Virus record (IMG/VR): IMGVR_UViG_3300032282_001282
Coordinates: 1-64,000 of that record
From: a virus
DNA length: 64,000 nt
Direction: 5' to 3' (one strand)
Below, one piece after another: positions 28,652-37,975 of this stretch. Position 1 is the first letter of the stretch. Each line of letters starts with the position of its first letter. Both the position numbers and the translations under genes were made by a program. The notes under the pieces are model-generated. The model had not been told where the DNA came from. It did not search any database and worked only from the letters and a program-made list of their open reading frames with translations.

Positions 28652-29597
28652 TTGTTAATTGATCAAGCAGTCCTGAGCTAAAATAAGTGTTAAACTTATT
28701 ATACAGTCCTGCTGTTGCAGATACAAATTTTTCTTTTTCATTTGCAGTCATGCGTACAGTAGGAATGCCTTGCTCAGCGGCACGTTTTTGAATTACAACA
28801 TTATCGGCTAGGCTATGATCACGTTCGATTTGAGCGGCTCTCATAGCGGCACGAGCAAAAATGCCCTGTACCTTTTCACCTAAGGCTAACCAAGTTTGTT
28901 GGTTGATAATTAAACTGGTTAGGAACAAGCTGTGTTCGTTATCATTAATATGTGTAGTTTGCTTATCGTGGCCTAGTACAAAGAAACGAGTGTAAGTAGT
29001 TTCACCACCATCAACACGACCAGTTTCTAAACTAGCTTCTAAGTCTTCGATAAACATTGGAACTGGAGTAGAGCCAACGGCCTTGAAAGTTTCAACTGCT
29101 ACTGGGTTATTACCACAGCCGATATTCATACTAGCAAAATCGCCAATGGATTCGATTGCACGATTACTTGGAACAATACGGAAACCACCTGAGTAAGTAA
29201 ATGCTAGTCCACGGATATTGCTATTATCAGCAACTTTGGCCAACATGTGTTGCCCAACTGGACCATCAATAACTTGACGTGCTTGCTCATCGCTGTTGAA
29301 TAAGAATGGCATTGTTAGTGCATACATATCTTTGTCAACACGACCTAAAGTACTTGCATAAACTGTAGCCATGTCAATAATACCATTATCAACTAAACCG
29401 ATAACACGCTCACGGTCTGTAGTGTGTTCTGTTAAATTATCTTTAGCAATAGCGTTCCATTCTTTAAGATCTAGAACATTAATTGTATATTGACCGTTGG
29501 TTTCTGTATAAACTTCTTCGGCAAAGCTCTTAGCGGCTTCAATAAAAACATGGTAAGGCTCATGGGCCAATACCCAGTTTAGGGTGTACTTTTGCAT
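28635..29597 (-). CDS. dctP: DctP-like TRAP substrate-binding protein lacking a signal peptide
   Basis: MPFLF, YSGGFR, G.TPVPM...L..G.VDG.E motifs; SD AGGAG. Confidence 0.8.
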   Translation of the reverse strand: MQKYTLNWVLAHEPYHVFIEAAKSFAEEVYTETNGQYTINVLDLKEWNAIAKDNLTEHTTDRERVIGLVDNGIIDMATVYASTLGRVDKDMYALTMPFLFNSDEQARQVIDGPVGQHMLAKVADNSNIRGLAFTYSGGFRIVPSNRAIESIGDFASMNIGCGNNPVAVETFKAVGSTPVPMFIEDLEASLETGRVDGGETTYTRFFVLGHDKQTTHINDNEHSLFLTSLIINQQTWLALGEKVQGIFARAAMRAAQIERDHSLADNVVIQKRAAEQGIPTVRMTANEKEKFVSATAGLYNKFNTYFSSGLLDQLTNGKLK

Positions 29598-29632
29598 TTT
29601 GGGGTCTCCTGTTGGACTGCTACTTGATATAA

Positions 29633-30229
29633 TTATTTATCTACAGGACCGGCAATAATACTATAAACTTCTTCCCAGTTTTTAACTGTACGCACACCAT
29701 CGTGATAGTGATTCATATTATGCCCGTGTTCCATTAACAGAGCATTTAATCCCAAATTTGCACCCAATTCAGCGTTTTGCGGTTTATCTTCAATCCACCA
29801 GCAACCTGTGTCGCGGTATGGGTATAGTGCTTCATCTTTGTCTGCGCCTGTGGCCAAACAAACAACACGTTGGAATACCGTATCTCCAAATAGTTTACTT
29901 AGATTCATTTCCCTAAGTCGTTGTGCATTTGGGTCTGTGCTTAGGCTAGTAATACAATGGAAAACATACCCATGTTCTTCGTGTAGCTTTTTAACATAGT
30001 GTATGGCATCACGTAACGGAGGCAAGAAACCAATTGCGGCACTTTCGTTAAACATCTTAATTAGACGTTTGCCTTGGTCCTTACTAATACCGTACCTTGT
30101 GCCAATATCATAGTTAAATTCACCACCGGGTAGTTTTTCAAATCCGTGTGTTTCTAACCAAATATTAAATGCGTACTCCCAATTGAGTAACACACCATCT
30201 GCATCTACTAATATAACTGATTCTTTCAT
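29633..30229 (-). CDS. HAD-superfamily phosphatase / 5'-nucleotidase-like (T4 gp30.2-like)
   Basis: LVDADGVL, ITSLS and WIEDK motifs. Confidence 0.8.
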   Translation of the reverse strand: MKESVILVDADGVLLNWEYAFNIWLETHGFEKLPGGEFNYDIGTRYGISKDQGKRLIKMFNESAAIGFLPPLRDAIHYVKKLHEEHGYVFHCITSLSTDPNAQRLREMNLSKLFGDTVFQRVVCLATGADKDEALYPYRDTGCWWIEDKPQNAELGANLGLNALLMEHGHNMNHYHDGVRTVKNWEEVYSIIAGPVDK

Positions 30230-30681
30230 TCTGCTCCTTTTGTTAGTTCACATACTAACATAAAATGATCGTATGCTTGTCTAACACTTTCATGTTTCAA
30301 TAGTTTGTCTGCTTCTGCTTGCATAGCGTGTACACCAGCTTCGGCACAATCACGGATGCTGAGTCCTTGTAGTGTACACAGCTCGTCACCAAAGGCTTCA
30401 GCAAGAGCATGCCAAGCTCGTTTCTGCTCTGGGGTAACAGTCGCCTGTTTTGGGCGTAGTTCACTGGCCTTTTGTATAGCCTTACATATAGCATCTTCTG
30501 CTATACGGCTAGCGGCTATCATTGGTGCGTAAGCAGGATCGACATTATACCTACGACTAGAACCACCTGGGTATACACTTAGCAAGTGATGGCCTTTGGG
30601 TAATGCGTCCATTAGTTCAGTATCGTACTCATATACTGGAACATATCGACGGCCTTCTTTTTTGTAATACAACTGCTTCAT
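30226..30681 (-). CDS. hypothetical protein
   Basis: ORF in operon. Confidence 0.7.
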   Translation of the reverse strand: MKQLYYKKEGRRYVPVYEYDTELMDALPKGHHLLSVYPGGSSRRYNVDPAYAPMIAASRIAEDAICKAIQKASELRPKQATVTPEQKRAWHALAEAFGDELCTLQGLSIRDCAEAGVHAMQAEADKLLKHESVRQAYDHFMLVCELTKGAE

Positions 30682-31349
30682 AGTACTTTTACATAATTTA
30701 GATTTGTAACACGAGCATTACCGCGGTACTTGTCTTTGTTATGTGCTTTAACTTTACCTTGGATACGGCCTGCTTCAATAATTTTCTTATTGTCCTTAGC
30801 CCAATAAAAAATCAAATCCCCATTGTCGTCATTGCCGTATACTGCATAACAATCCATACTAGGGACATATCGGCTTTCAATAATTGAAAAATTTACAACA
30901 ATTTTTTCGCCAATTTTGCCAACAAAATTACTTTGGTGTTCGTAACGAGCACTTACTTCGCGGATCTGATCTTTTTTCTTTTGATCGTGGGCAAGTTTTG
31001 GAGCCCATGCAAGTAGCCCAATATCTCGTATGTTGAGATTTTCGTTGCCGAGTATTTCTGCAATTTTATGAAGGAATTGATTTGAGCTACCCTTGGTCAA
31101 GGTTTGCATTATATGTGTCTGTTGCAGGAAAGACACAATGTCTTCGGCTTCAGCACGATGCGAATCTTTAATTTCAAAATTTGATGTTTGATTTAGCACA
31201 CCAAGGATAATTTCTCTGTTGGGTGCTAGTTTTTCTGGGCCGTTGGCATCACGAACAACTTTTTGTTGGTTGTGTTCAAAGGCGGCAACTGCTACTGCAA
31301 GAGCCTGAATAGTAGAAAAATGTTTTTGCTTATTCACAGGCAACTCCAT
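30678..31349 (-). CDS. hypothetical protein with possible C-terminal OB fold
   Basis: FVGKIGEK...GKVKAH...T.LNYVK pattern. Confidence 0.6.
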   Translation of the reverse strand: MELPVNKQKHFSTIQALAVAVAAFEHNQQKVVRDANGPEKLAPNREIILGVLNQTSNFEIKDSHRAEAEDIVSFLQQTHIMQTLTKGSSNQFLHKIAEILGNENLNIRDIGLLAWAPKLAHDQKKKDQIREVSARYEHQSNFVGKIGEKIVVNFSIIESRYVPSMDCYAVYGNDDNGDLIFYWAKDNKKIIEAGRIQGKVKAHNKDKYRGNARVTNLNYVKVL

Positions 31350-31365
31350 ATTTAAGATATGCTAT

Positions 31366-31394
31366 ATTATAGCATATTGGGAATATTGGGTCAA
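31366..31394 (-). promoter_or_regulatory. early promoter TTGACC-N17-TATAAT with ATTCCCAATATG spacer motif
   Basis: One of four copies sharing the spacer motif. Confidence 0.75.
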
Positions 31395-31636
31395 CCTTTT
31401 TTGATCTGGGAAATGTAGCGGTGTAGCTCGCTTAAATAGGCACTTTGATTGCTCATTTTGCCTTCTAAATCACGTACCCTGCGATTTAAGTTTTGGTTTT
31501 CAGACTGCAATTGGTCCATGGTAACTTTGTTATCTTTAAGTACTTTTTCGTGACTTAGTAAGTTAGGGCGTGGTGGCGCATTAGGGTCCACCGGACGCTT
31601 CTTCTTTACCTTGTACATACTTTTGATATCTATCAT
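31391..31636 (-). CDS. hypothetical coiled-coil protein
   Basis: ORF in operon. Confidence 0.65.
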   Translation of the reverse strand: MIDIKSMYKVKKKRPVDPNAPPRPNLLSHEKVLKDNKVTMDQLQSENQNLNRRVRDLEGKMSNQSAYLSELHRYISQIKKG

Positions 31637-31956
31637 ACGTAATATTTATCGCCTAGTACACTTGGTACCTTGATACAAACGGTATAGGTATCTTCTAAAT
31701 ATACACATTCAAGAGTTTCTCCTGCCCTAACTTCGAATATATCACCTTTGACAAAATGCTCGCCGTTGGCAATAACATGTCCTTCGGTGATTAAACTTAG
31801 TTCTTTGGCAATTTTATGAACGTGCTTGGGGCTAATATCATCCTTAGGGTTAAACTGATAACTTACTTCAAACTTGTCAGTTTTCCAGATAGCACGATCA
31901 AATGCACCAATGAACCAGCCACGGTCACCGCTTTCACTCAGCTTGAACCGTTTCAT
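31633..31956 (-). CDS. cupin-fold protein
   Basis: RGWFIG.F, H.HK...E and K.PS..GDK motifs. Confidence 0.6.
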   Translation of the reverse strand: MKRFKLSESGDRGWFIGAFDRAIWKTDKFEVSYQFNPKDDISPKHVHKIAKELSLITEGHVIANGEHFVKGDIFEVRAGETLECVYLEDTYTVCIKVPSVLGDKYYV

Positions 31957-32302
31957 CTTTCTTTTCTTCTTCTTTAGGAATAAATTGTTCTAGGTAGGCC
32001 AAATCTAATTCAGCCATTACTGTGGCTACTTCTTTTGGATAACCCTCTAAGAAGTATTTAAAAAGACTATCAAAGTCTTTTTGTTCAGTGTCGTAGCGAT
32101 TTTGTACAACAGTTTTTTTATTAAGATTTAGTACAACTCCAGCGTACTGTTGATCTTTACCGGACAGGCCTTTGGTAAACTCAACACGTTCGTCGAATTG
32201 AATATTCTTTGGATCTTTATTCCAGCCAGGTTGTTCTGTGCGAACTCCGCGGCGTGGTTTCATTACATAAAATGCTACAAGGTGTAGGTCTTTGATTTTC
32301 AT
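31934..32302 (-). CDS. hypothetical protein
   Basis: ORF in operon. Confidence 0.65.
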   Translation of the reverse strand: MKIKDLHLVAFYVMKPRRGVRTEQPGWNKDPKNIQFDERVEFTKGLSGKDQQYAGVVLNLNKKTVVQNRYDTEQKDFDSLFKYFLEGYPKEVATVMAELDLAYLEQFIPKEEEKKDETVQAE

Positions 32303-33216
32303 AGTTGTGTAAGCTCGATTAAAGTTGCTGATAAGTTAATTTCAGGATCAGCACACATTGGGTGATTAACCAATCCTTTGCGGATTGCCAAGATAGCTTG
32401 GTCTTGTTTTTCTGGATCCTTAGACCACAGTTCCAAATTGTCGTACATCCAACGGAATAACCCGTCCATATCTTCCATACTGGCTTGTGTACAAATTGCT
32501 TGTCGACCTTCTCTAATTTTTCCAGCCTTAAACAATTCTACAGCACCAAGACGCCAGTCTTTAACAGCACGATCATTTTCACCGGGCTTGTCTAGACGTC
32601 CTGTAGTTGAGTTTGCTTGTACAAGATTTAGACATTTACGCAGATCTGGATATGTTGCTTTGACATAGCTGTCAAGCGTATCCAAATCAAACTCAACATT
32701 TTCTGATACCAAGATAGTGGCAATACGAGCAGTAAATTCTGTCAAGTCTGTTTTATCGATATGGAAACCTTGACAACGACTGTGTAAAGCATCCATAATT
32801 TTATGTGGTTTGTTACAAGTTAAAATAAATCGAACTTGTGCCGCATACTGTTCTAATGCACCACGCAACAATGCTTGACTGTTCGGAGTCAAATAGTCTG
32901 CTTCGTCTAGCAAAACAATCTTTAAATGTCCAAACGGCATAGTACTAGCAAAACCCAGTACCTTGTCACGCATGTCATCAACTTTGGTTTCATTAGATGC
33001 ATTAATATGCAATACATCATAATCATCAATGCCCAACTCGTTGATAAGAACTTTGGCTAGCGTAGTTTTACCTGTGCCCGGACTACCGCTTAGTAGAATA
33101 TGTGGAATTGATTTTTCTTTTACCCAAGATTCAATTTGCTGTTTTTGTCCAGCGTCAGTGAACACATAATCTTGTATCGTTTTGGGACGATACTTTTCTG
33201 TCCAGAGTTCTTTCAT
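32299..33216 (-). CDS. clamp loader ATPase subunit (T4 gp44/RFC-like)
   Basis: WTEKYRP, GSPGTGKT, INAS, DEAD and SRC motifs. Confidence 0.93.
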   Translation of the reverse strand: MKELWTEKYRPKTIQDYVFTDAGQKQQIESWVKEKSIPHILLSGSPGTGKTTLAKVLINELGIDDYDVLHINASNETKVDDMRDKVLGFASTMPFGHLKIVLLDEADYLTPNSQALLRGALEQYAAQVRFILTCNKPHKIMDALHSRCQGFHIDKTDLTEFTARIATILVSENVEFDLDTLDSYVKATYPDLRKCLNLVQANSTTGRLDKPGENDRAVKDWRLGAVELFKAGKIREGRQAICTQASMEDMDGLFRWMYDNLELWSKDPEKQDQAILAIRKGLVNHPMCADPEINLSATLIELTQL

Positions 33217-33428
33217 TTATTACCTTTAAAAAATTTGATTAAGTTGTAAAAGCGTGCCTTGTAAGGACTATCCATAATTTGTTGCGCCAGGCTCGGAACG
33301 TGAGGGCAACGTCCTTGTTTCCAATCGCAAGTGTCTTCAATGACTCGGCGACAAACGCTACATTTAGGTGGCTTTTTTACTGCGGCTGTTTGGATTTTAG
33401 TATCTGCAATACTCTGTCTTGTTCCCAT
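33213..33428 (-). CDS. small Cys-rich hypothetical protein
   Basis: CxxC...C...CPH. Confidence 0.55.
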   Translation of the reverse strand: MGTRQSIADTKIQTAAVKKPPKCSVCRRVIEDTCDWKQGRCPHVPSLAQQIMDSPYKARFYNLIKFFKGNK

Positions 33429-33610
33429 TTATCTTCCCCGACAAAAGTTGGTAGTTGGTCATATTGATCGTCTAGCCAACATTTTAGCATATATAATTCA
33501 TGCTTACAAGACATTTGAGTATATCCGTCGTTGTAGGCGCTATGTATTTCGCCCAAACTTGTGCGAATAGCGGCATAGGCTTGATCTAGATTAGGTTTAC
33601 GAAATCCCAT
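33377..33610 (-). CDS. hypothetical protein
   Basis: ORF in operon. Confidence 0.6.
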   Translation of the reverse strand: MGFRKPNLDQAYAAIRTSLGEIHSAYNDGYTQMSCKHELYMLKCWLDDQYDQLPTFVGEDKWEQDRVLQILKSKQPQ

Positions 33611-33759
33611 TAGCTAGGAATCATGTGTGGGAGATAAGGAACGTTACGAGGACCGTGACGTTGTTCAAATAGCCGTTTTGCTTCTTGAGCATTAGCCGCA
33701 TACACTCGATCTTTCTTTTCGCCCTCGGGTGTCTTTACGGTTGTTTCGTACATTGGCAT
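33610..33759 (-). CDS. small hypothetical protein (MPMYETTV...)
   Basis: Start moved to the Met just after the groES stop. Confidence 0.6.
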   Translation of the reverse strand: MPMYETTVKTPEGEKKDRVYAANAQEAKRLFEQRHGPRNVPYLPHMIPS

Positions 33760-33763
33760 AGAT

Positions 33764-34138
33764 TTACCAGCGTGACTTGCTGTCGATCTGAGTTGCGTTG
33801 GAAAGTGTATCATCGCCTTCGGGCTCCTCGTCTGATACTAATAGTATATCATTTGGATCAATACGACGTATAGTTACTTCGCCTGATTGGTCTTCAATAG
33901 TAACACCGCGGGTCCAACGACCATGTGCTACTAGGATCCATTGTCCAATTTTAATATCTTCTTGCTCTGGGCCTGTAGCATACACCCTGGCCCAACGTGG
34001 ACGAATACCGGCGCCACGTCCATCATCATTTAGCAAGTAAATACCACTGCTTAATTTACGTTCTTTGAAATTCATATCTGCTACTAACACATGATCATTA
34101 AGTGCTCGTAAGCTGTCTATTTTGATTGGTTTAAACAT
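33764..34138 (-). CDS. groES: GroES-like co-chaperonin
   Basis: LRALNDHVLV, SGIYL, V.A.GP...IK.G..ILV and DIL motifs. Confidence 0.8.
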   Translation of the reverse strand: MFKPIKIDSLRALNDHVLVADMNFKERKLSSGIYLLNDDGRGAGIRPRWARVYATGPEQEDIKIGQWILVAHGRWTRGVTIEDQSGEVTIRRIDPNDILLVSDEEPEGDDTLSNATQIDSKSRW

Positions 34139-34140
34139 AA

Positions 34141-34587
34141 TTATATTCTAGTCGGTCCAGTTTTCTTATTCGGCTTTGGCAATGGTTTCTGTACCACAGT
34201 AGCAGTTTTGGCTACAGCACTTGCCAGGCTACCACGTACTAAAGGAGCCGCAGGTTCTTCGGTTGCTATTTCTTCTTTGATAGGTTCGGTTAAATTAGCA
34301 CCAAGGTTAAACAATTCTTGAGCTTGATTTTTAGCAATAGCCGCTTCACGTGCCGCAAATATAGCAGGATCATTTGGGCTATATGTTTGTACAGGTGCAT
34401 CAACACCAACAGCATAGGCTTTGTCCATGAGCTCATTACGACCAACTGCAACACCAGCACCGGGACCTAATAGATCACCGCGGGCATTGACTTTCATGTT
34501 ACCAACTGCAATAGTATTTTCATTGGCTAGTTTGATTTTATCCAAATCAACAGCCCTACCTCGAGCAGTTTTGTATATTTTCGACAT
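34141..34587 (-). CDS. hypothetical protein
   Basis: AVGNMKVNARGD motif; late promoter at 34610-34617. Confidence 0.7.
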   Translation of the reverse strand: MSKIYKTARGRAVDLDKIKLANENTIAVGNMKVNARGDLLGPGAGVAVGRNELMDKAYAVGVDAPVQTYSPNDPAIFAAREAAIAKNQAQELFNLGANLTEPIKEEIATEEPAAPLVRGSLASAVAKTATVVQKPLPKPNKKTGPTRI

Positions 34588-34628
34588 TAGAAATTCTCCT
34601 TAACGCACATATTTATAAACGGCGTAGT

Positions 34629-35156
34629 TTACTTTAAAAATTCTTCGATTGGTAAATCATAGTATAAACTATTGACTTTGTGTACACCAATTAAGTATAG
34701 CACATAACTGGCTACACTACTACCTCTACCTAGTCCCCAAACCACATTGTTTTCACGCATGGTGTCAACAAAGTATTTTAGAAACTTTAACAAATTAAAC
34801 GCATTGCGTTCTTGAAACAACAATAGCTCTTGGCCAACTCTTTGTAGTTCTTCTTCTGTGACACATTTGCTCAGCACATATTGGGCTATATCTAATTCTT
34901 TATAAGAGTCGGGCATGTGCCAATGCTGTTGCTGTGACCAATCAAATAATTCAATTGGTACTTCTTCCCTAGCATTAATAGGAACGTAGGATTTTACAGT
35001 TGGGAAGTCTGCATAAGTTTTGTGTACAGATTTATTGTACACACCCGGCTGATCCGAAACTTGGAATCTAGTTAAATCTAAATTGGGGTTTTGATAAAGC
35101 ATATCACAGAGTTCATCTTCTGTAGTATATGCTTGACCATACACGTCATATTTCAT
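34629..35156 (-). CDS. dnaE: stand-alone fragment of DNA polymerase III alpha (DnaE)
   Basis: RVGQEL...WGLGRGSSVASYVLYLIGV..V...Y.L..E.FL signature; ends before the catalytic PDxD. Confidence 0.75.
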   Translation of the reverse strand: MKYDVYGQAYTTEDELCDMLYQNPNLDLTRFQVSDQPGVYNKSVHKTYADFPTVKSYVPINAREEVPIELFDWSQQQHWHMPDSYKELDIAQYVLSKCVTEEELQRVGQELLLFQERNAFNLLKFLKYFVDTMRENNVVWGLGRGSSVASYVLYLIGVHKVNSLYYDLPIEEFLK

Positions 35157-35389
35157 TGAATGTCGATGATTTTTTTGAACTGTTTAGAATTCTTTTCCAT
35201 CTCTTCTAACTGTCGACGATTTCTTTCGTCAAGTTCTCGTTGATAATCACCCAGTAGTAATTGTAGTTGCTGAACCATATCCGCACGGCCCATACGGTAT
35301 GAAGTGTTTAGGCGTTTGACTAACTCACTGTGCTTAGTGGTTAATTCATCCATTGTTAATTTAGAAAGGTCTGGGGTTAACGGGTGCAT
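35153..35389 (-). CDS. hypothetical coiled-coil protein
   Basis: Start MHPLTPDL overlaps the upstream stop. Confidence 0.65.
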   Translation of the reverse strand: MHPLTPDLSKLTMDELTTKHSELVKRLNTSYRMGRADMVQQLQLLLGDYQRELDERNRRQLEEMEKNSKQFKKIIDIQ

Positions 35390-35682
35390 TAGTTTGGTAT
35401 CAAAACAGTTCTGTAGCATTGACAATTACTGTCAAGTATCTGTTCCCAGTGATACCCAACTGGTGGAGTATATACCGTTGGCGCTGGTTGTTGAACTATA
35501 ACAGGCTGTTGTTGAACGACTACAGGTGGATAATAATATGGTTGCCGAGCTAGACTATAACCAACTACCCCGCCAATTACAGCAGGGCCTACCCAATATC
35601 CGCCTCTCCAGTAACCGTGTCCGTGTGCATTAGCAGAACCGATTACAGCAAATAAACTGAGTGCAATTAAAATCTTTTTCAT
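35389..35682 (-). CDS. small secreted Pro/Val/Tyr-rich protein
   Basis: Signal peptide, Gly-rich segment, PVVVQQQP repeats. Confidence 0.7.
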   Translation of the reverse strand: MKKILIALSLFAVIGSANAHGHGYWRGGYWVGPAVIGGVVGYSLARQPYYYPPVVVQQQPVIVQQPAPTVYTPPVGYHWEQILDSNCQCYRTVLIPN

Positions 35683-35713
35683 AGCAACCTCCTATATGGT
35701 AGTATACTATATT

Positions 35714-35741
35714 TAACGCACCAGGTCAACCTTTAGTTGAC
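35714..35741 (-). promoter_or_regulatory. ECF-like promoter or operator GTCAAC-N16-GCGTTA
   Basis: Same motif and spacing recur at 54752-54779. Confidence 0.45.
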
Positions 35742-35745
35742 AGGG

Positions 35746-37332
35746 TTAAACTCTATACCAAACGTTCGAAGCAAATCCATTTATGGTGCTTGCAAACTGT
35801 AAAGTAATTGAAGTGTTACCAGAAATATTTGGGAAGGTACTTGATACATCCGATTTTGGCAAATATTTAATAACTGGACTACCAAAACTTCCAGGATAAA
35901 TGTTTGCGCCACCATTTAAACCATTACGTGTAATGTTGGCCAGGAACACCATCTTAACTGTTTGTCCGTGTACTGGGCGACGTGGTAATTCGATGTTAGC
36001 ATAAGTTAGGTTAGCATTGATACCATCAGTGTCAATAATAACTGTACTGATGTTGTCTGGAATAACATAAGTGTTGCCAGAGTTATTATTACTAATAAAA
36101 CTTTGAACAGTAAAGCCAGTGTCAACTTTACGACCTGTTGTAGCTATGTTACCATTGATAGTGACATTACCGTAGAAGGTTGTACTTTGATCGTTTTCAA
36201 TTCCAACAGCTTGTTTTAAGAAACCAGCACGACCATCTGGTGAGGTCATCATAACAATGTTACCACCTAGGCCGCCCCAGGCATTAGCACCCTTGGCAAA
36301 AAAGTTGATACTGGCTTCTTGTGCAATGGTTACTGTATTAGTATTTGTAGTTAAGTCGTGATAGTTGCTATAAGCGTATGAACCAAAATAACCTAGGTAG
36401 TCGCCATTTTGTACAACCTGTACATTGGCGTTGGCTAAGAATCCACGTGCGGCTGTAACGCTGTAGCCAGCTACTTGTCCGCCGCCACCGGCTAATTCGT
36501 TATAGCTTACATTGGCAGTTGATAAGTTGCCAATGGTAACACTATTAATAGAACCGTTGGCACTGATACGATCGCCGCCAGTTTCGAGAGCCAACACCGG
36601 CTCAAAGCCATCACCGTAGCCAACTAGTAGTGTAGGCAATACGGTATTGTTAAAATATAATTCTGGGTCACGGAAACTTACACGATTACGTGATACGTCA
36701 AAAATTTGATAAGAGTCACCGCCGTCAATTGAGCTAAAGTCAAAAATGTAGTCGCCTTCTACGTCAAATTTAATTGTGTGTGAAAGATCTAGGTTTTCTG
36801 TAGAACCTGCAATGTCTGATACACCAACGTTGATTTTTGGATCTAGGGTAATAGTGTGGTATCTATTATTAATCTTAATCCAAACACGCATAACACCATA
36901 ACCAAGAGCACCATTACCAAAGTTGTTTTGTCCAGGCCAACCAATTAACTGAATATTAATAGTACCTTCATCATCACTGATAGGTGTAGCAAGTTTCTGG
37001 AAGTTAGCACCGTTACTAGATGCACCTGTACTACCAAAATCTAAAATTGTTGTTTGTCCTAAAAGAATAGTTCCTTTGTCAATTAAACTTTGTGTCCATG
37101 CAGTTAATTGAGGACGCTTAATTTGCGAACCAGCCATATCATTGTTTAGAGTCTGGCCATTTAAAGCACTGGTTAAAATTGCTTTGTTTTGTAGGTCGCT
37201 AATTTCGTTTTCAGCGTAGGTAAAGTTATTCTTAATGTTTGTGAAATTATCACGGAAACCTTGGCTGGAATTGTCTTGCCCTGCTACTGGGAAAGTACCG
37301 TCAATGTTATATGGGTTAATGTTTGATGCCAT
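35746..37332 (-). CDS. virion structural protein (tail/baseplate-associated)
   Basis: N-terminal PVAGQDNSSQGFRDNF shared with 37379-37975; Asn/Gly/Thr-rich; late promoter. Confidence 0.6.
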   Translation of the reverse strand: MASNINPYNIDGTFPVAGQDNSSQGFRDNFTNIKNNFTYAENEISDLQNKAILTSALNGQTLNNDMAGSQIKRPQLTAWTQSLIDKGTILLGQTTILDFGSTGASSNGANFQKLATPISDDEGTINIQLIGWPGQNNFGNGALGYGVMRVWIKINNRYHTITLDPKINVGVSDIAGSTENLDLSHTIKFDVEGDYIFDFSSIDGGDSYQIFDVSRNRVSFRDPELYFNNTVLPTLLVGYGDGFEPVLALETGGDRISANGSINSVTIGNLSTANVSYNELAGGGGQVAGYSVTAARGFLANANVQVVQNGDYLGYFGSYAYSNYHDLTTNTNTVTIAQEASINFFAKGANAWGGLGGNIVMMTSPDGRAGFLKQAVGIENDQSTTFYGNVTINGNIATTGRKVDTGFTVQSFISNNNSGNTYVIPDNISTVIIDTDGINANLTYANIELPRRPVHGQTVKMVFLANITRNGLNGGANIYPGSFGSPVIKYLPKSDVSSTFPNISGNTSITLQFASTINGFASNVWYRV

Positions 37333-37378
37333 TTAGCTGTATCCTGTTTATTAAGTATTTATCACGTATTTTGGCACA

Positions 37379-37975
37379 TTAACTTAATGTAACGTTGGCC
37401 CATTTGGTACCATTGTACACCTGTATATTGCCAGTGGTATAATTGTATACAGTCATTCCGCGGGATGGATTGATTGCATTAACCTGTGCTGTTGTTAGAT
37501 TTGCAAACTGAATAGCACTAGATAGAGTAATTGTATTGGCTCCAATATTGCCAGTATATGTAGGCAAATAAGATCCAGTAGCTATTGCCGCATTAGCCGC
37601 TGTTACGTTAGCTTGTACCCCTGTAATCAAATTAGTCAGGGTAGAACTCAAGCTGACGTTGTTTGCCAAACTTTGATCAATTTCTAATAAAGTATCTAAT
37701 GCTAATGGAGCACCTGCAATAAGGTCAGTTACAATAGTCTGCATTGATGTAACACTGGATTGTAAAGATCCAACGTTTGCAATAATATTGCCCATGCCGC
37801 TGATAGTACTGTTTATAGTAATAACATTACTTTGTATGTCTGTAATTTCTTTTGCCGCAGTTGCAAAATTGTTTTTAATGTTAATATAGTTGGTTCTAAA
37901 TCCCTGCGTGTCGTTGTCTTGACCTGCAATCGGGTAAGTTGCGTCTATATTAGAAGGATTGATCTGTGATGCCAT
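37379..37975 (-). CDS. virion structural protein (fibre-like)
   Basis: Shared N-terminal domain; GAPLALDTLLEI..SL and GMTVYNYTT..IQVYNGTKW fibre motifs. Confidence 0.65.
   Translation of the reverse strand: MASQINPSNIDATYPIAGQDNDTQGFRTNYINIKNNFATAAKEITDIQSNVITINSTISGMGNIIANVGSLQSSVTSMQTIVTDLIAGAPLALDTLLEIDQSLANNVSLSSTLTNLITGVQANVTAANAAIATGSYLPTYTGNIGANTITLSSAIQFANLTTAQVNAINPSRGMTVYNYTTGNIQVYNGTKWANVTLS

Noticed and set aside
18498-29597. Host chromosomal or contaminating DNA explaining the transporter-like genes
   Set aside because: Composition and gene packing match the flanks, T4-like late promoters are present, and the membrane subunits of a bacterial operon are missing
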